Shown: positions 61,151 to 64,000 of the stretch, in pieces
How the letters are laid out: every line of letters starts with the position of its first letter
Position numbering within the stretch: the stretch's first letter is position 1
NCBI RefSeq assembly: GCF_006345805.1
Contig: NC_043007.1
Location: forward strand, 63,302,001-63,366,000
Length of the DNA stretch: 64,000 bases
Direction: 5' to 3'
Source: Octopus sinensis
Lineage: Eukaryota
The notes under the pieces: generated by a model
Told to the model about the DNA's origin: nothing
Database searches by the model: none
Seen by the model: the letters and a program-made list of their open reading frames with translations, nothing else
Program-made: the position numbers and the translations under genes

Positions 61151-62326
61151 AGAAGATGGCATCTTTCATTCTTTCAGTAACCCTCATTCCACCACCACCC
61201 TCACTGAGTAGTCAATATCTTTTGTGGTGAGTACACATCCTACTATGCTATTAGGATTATTATTTATTTCCTAATGTATTTCATGTCAAATACATATTAT
61301 ACTGTTCATGCTAAGAAATTGTTATTTGCATGCATAAAAGTGGTTGCATTGATTGTCTCCTTTTTTTTTTTTTTTACCAAAATCATCCTTAGGAAGGTTT
61401 TATCCCTTTATAACATAAAAATTTTACTTATGGGATTCTGCATTGCAAAATTTTTCAGGAATGCATTAATGTGTGTGTGTGATTCCTATATTTTGATTGG
61501 CTGTGAGGTAAATAGACTAAAATACTGCAACCTGAGGTAGTGTTTCAATTTGTGACCTTCAACTTAAGAGTCAAACATATTAATAACTCTACCAAAATAT
61601 GTCAAATTTTCTCATTCTTAATTTTAAAAAATCTTATCTTGCTCATTTGTTGAAAATTTTTATAATGGTTAGAGAGAGGGTAAGGTAGAGAGATGAAATA
61701 AAAACTGCATGGGTGTGTTCTGGATACCACAATGAAATATCTTGGCAGATTATAATAATAGCTGATAACAATTGTTACAGCTAAATCATAAATGCAATAA
61801 TGTATGATATCACATCAGGAATGGGAAAACAAGAATTTGTAATGCTCATATCTTCTTAATGTTAGAATTATCACAAAACCTCTATACCTGTACAAGAAAA
61901 ATATTTCTAGTCAATTACTTTCATTGACTTGCCAAAATTGCAGCCATTTTTTTTCTTTCAGTATCTGTTTAACTCATAGATCAAGCCTGATTACATCATT
62001 ATAGATCTTGGCACTGATTACCAACAACCTGATACCAATTTCACTAAAGTCTAACTATACCAGCTAATATTTCTTAACACTATCATGTGTCCTTAATTAC
62101 CTGTCCTCTTCACTAATTTTTTTAATTTTTAGAATAAATGTATCATGGTGGTTATTTTTAGTATACACGAAAAGCTATAATCATTGCGTCTATCATATAA
62201 GTGATGCTGTTTCCATTCTTTCATGAATCCATATTCAGTTATATAGGGAAATATGTTGTTAGAAAATTGGAGCTGGTGAGAGCAAGGGCATCCAGCCATA
62301 GAAAATTTACATAGATACAGGCTTAG

Positions 62327-62420
62327 CTGTGTGACACCTTGGGCAAGTGTCTTCTACTATAGCTCTGGGCCAGCCGCAGCGTTGTGAGTGGGTTTAGTAA
62401 ATGAAAATTGAAAGAAGCTG
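62327..62420 (+). mobile_element. SINE family A fragment between ~105-bp direct repeats
   Basis: caccttgggcaagtgtcttctactatag core. Confidence 0.65.
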
Positions 62421-63630
62421 CGTGTCTGTCCATCCCCTTTTCTTGACATTGTGTCATAAGTTATAAATGACTGTATCTATCATTCTTTCAAGAAACCATA
62501 TTCATTTATATAGGGAAATATGTTGGGAAATTAGTTGGAAGTGGTGAGAGCAAGGACATCCAGCCATAGAAAATTTGCTTCAACACTTATGTTTGACCTA
62601 TGAAAGCATGGGAAAGTAAACATTAAATGCTGATGATAGGAAAATGTTCTAAATTACATTTAGCGTTTAATAGGATCCTGGGTTGCAGGGTACTACTGCG
62701 AAGACAACCTCACTGTTTTTTTCATTTATACAGTATTACCATTGCTTATTGCAGCAAACTCATAAATTTATCATATTATATTCCAACATAGAAAAGATAT
62801 TTATACATTGCTGGAAATTAAAGAATTTAAAAGAGAAACAGAAGTCCTGATTGTATATATGTGAATGAATAATTCCTCAACTCCCTAAATAAAATGCATT
62901 TAATTATTAGTGGAAATATTACACTTAAGTTTTGATGGATTTGTAATATTTCATTCTTAAATGGTGCTATTTAATATTACATAGCACACAGCAAATTATT
63001 TCCTTTTTTCTAACATCTGAATATTTAATAACTTGCTCAAATTTTCATGCTCATAACTTTTGATATTCAATTAATAATGAGTGGGAGAAGACAATCCAAT
63101 ATTTATATAGATATAGTAGAGAAAAAGTTCTCTTTAAAACTTGTAGTACTGCTTCTTCTCTGATCTATTTAACTAATAATAAAGAACAAAATAAAATAAA
63201 TTGTCAGTTAAATGGTGCTGCAAATAATAGGATACAAAAGCAAAACATGAGACACATGTGAACCAACTGACAAAATAGAAGTAAATTTTTAGCTGAAGTT
63301 ATTGACCTTTCTGGAAGCAACATCCCATTTTAATGTAAATTATTGCCATATTTATGCTAAACACAGTCTTTCATATTTTCTCATGTTGATATCAACACAG
63401 CTGGTAGTAAAAGTAATTAGGGCAAGTTATTAGGAAGTGGGGAAGCAACAACTGACATGTATGGTAATTTTATTTCGCACCATATAAACATTGTAAGTGC
63501 TAAACAAGTAAGTACTTTAAAGATTTCCTTTTTATTCAGATTAAATCTATGATTAGCATGCATGCTTGTTAAGAGCTATTTCTCTTAAGTGGAAAAAAAT
63601 TCTAGAAACAAGAAGAGACACCTACAATAT

Positions 63631-63842
63631 TCTTTACTCTAGACACAAGGCCCAAAAGTTTTGGGAAGGGGGCCAGTCGAATAGATCAACCCCAGTATGC
63701 AACTGGTATGTAATTTATCAACCCTGAAAGGATGAAAAGCAAAGTTGACCTTGGTGGAATTTGAACTCAGAATGTAAAGACAGATGAAATACCACTAAGT
63801 ATTTCACCCAGCATGCTAACCTTTCTGCCAGCTTGCCACCTT
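63631..63842 (-). mobile_element. SINE family B with imperfect 14-bp TSD
   Basis: Homologous to 1020-1235; gacacctacaatat (63617-63630) vs gacaactacactat (63845-63858). Confidence 0.85.
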
Positions 63843-64000
63843 TTGACAACTACACTATTATATTTATGACCATGTATGAGTAAACACAAATGTATAAATA
63901 TCTCCTAAACACTTAAGAGCTTTTAAAAAGAAATATTCTGCTTTCATGACCTTAACCCATCTATGTTATATAATATTCTAGCATGTACTAATCTTAAAAA

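Overview
Eukaryotic, AT-rich, microsatellite- and SINE-dense genomic DNA. I infer a cephalopod (Octopus-like) genome from the repeat families; this is pattern recall, not a database result. One protein-coding gene is well supported: a Girdin/Daple (CCDC88) family coiled-coil gene on the minus strand. I reconstructed 15 consecutive GT-AG exons from 50953 down to 2265. They total 3494 nt (about 1164 codons), every intron phase matches, and there is no stop. The N-terminal Hook-domain exons and the C-terminal (GBA-motif) exons were not found and probably lie outside the window. The introns hold decayed Tc1/mariner, mariner and pogo/Tigger transposases, an RTE-type LINE remnant and many RTE 3' tails, three tRNA-headed SINE families, TTAA-flanked MITEs, two non-autonomous Helitrons, a 24-bp minisatellite and two long foldback inverted repeats. 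There is no CRISPR array, rRNA or intact tRNA. I found no evidence for a wholly new biological system. The best leads are structural: intronic foldbacks (candidate dsRNA/ADAR substrates), a young duplicated CpG-rich retro-insert, and two Helitrons that share only their termini.
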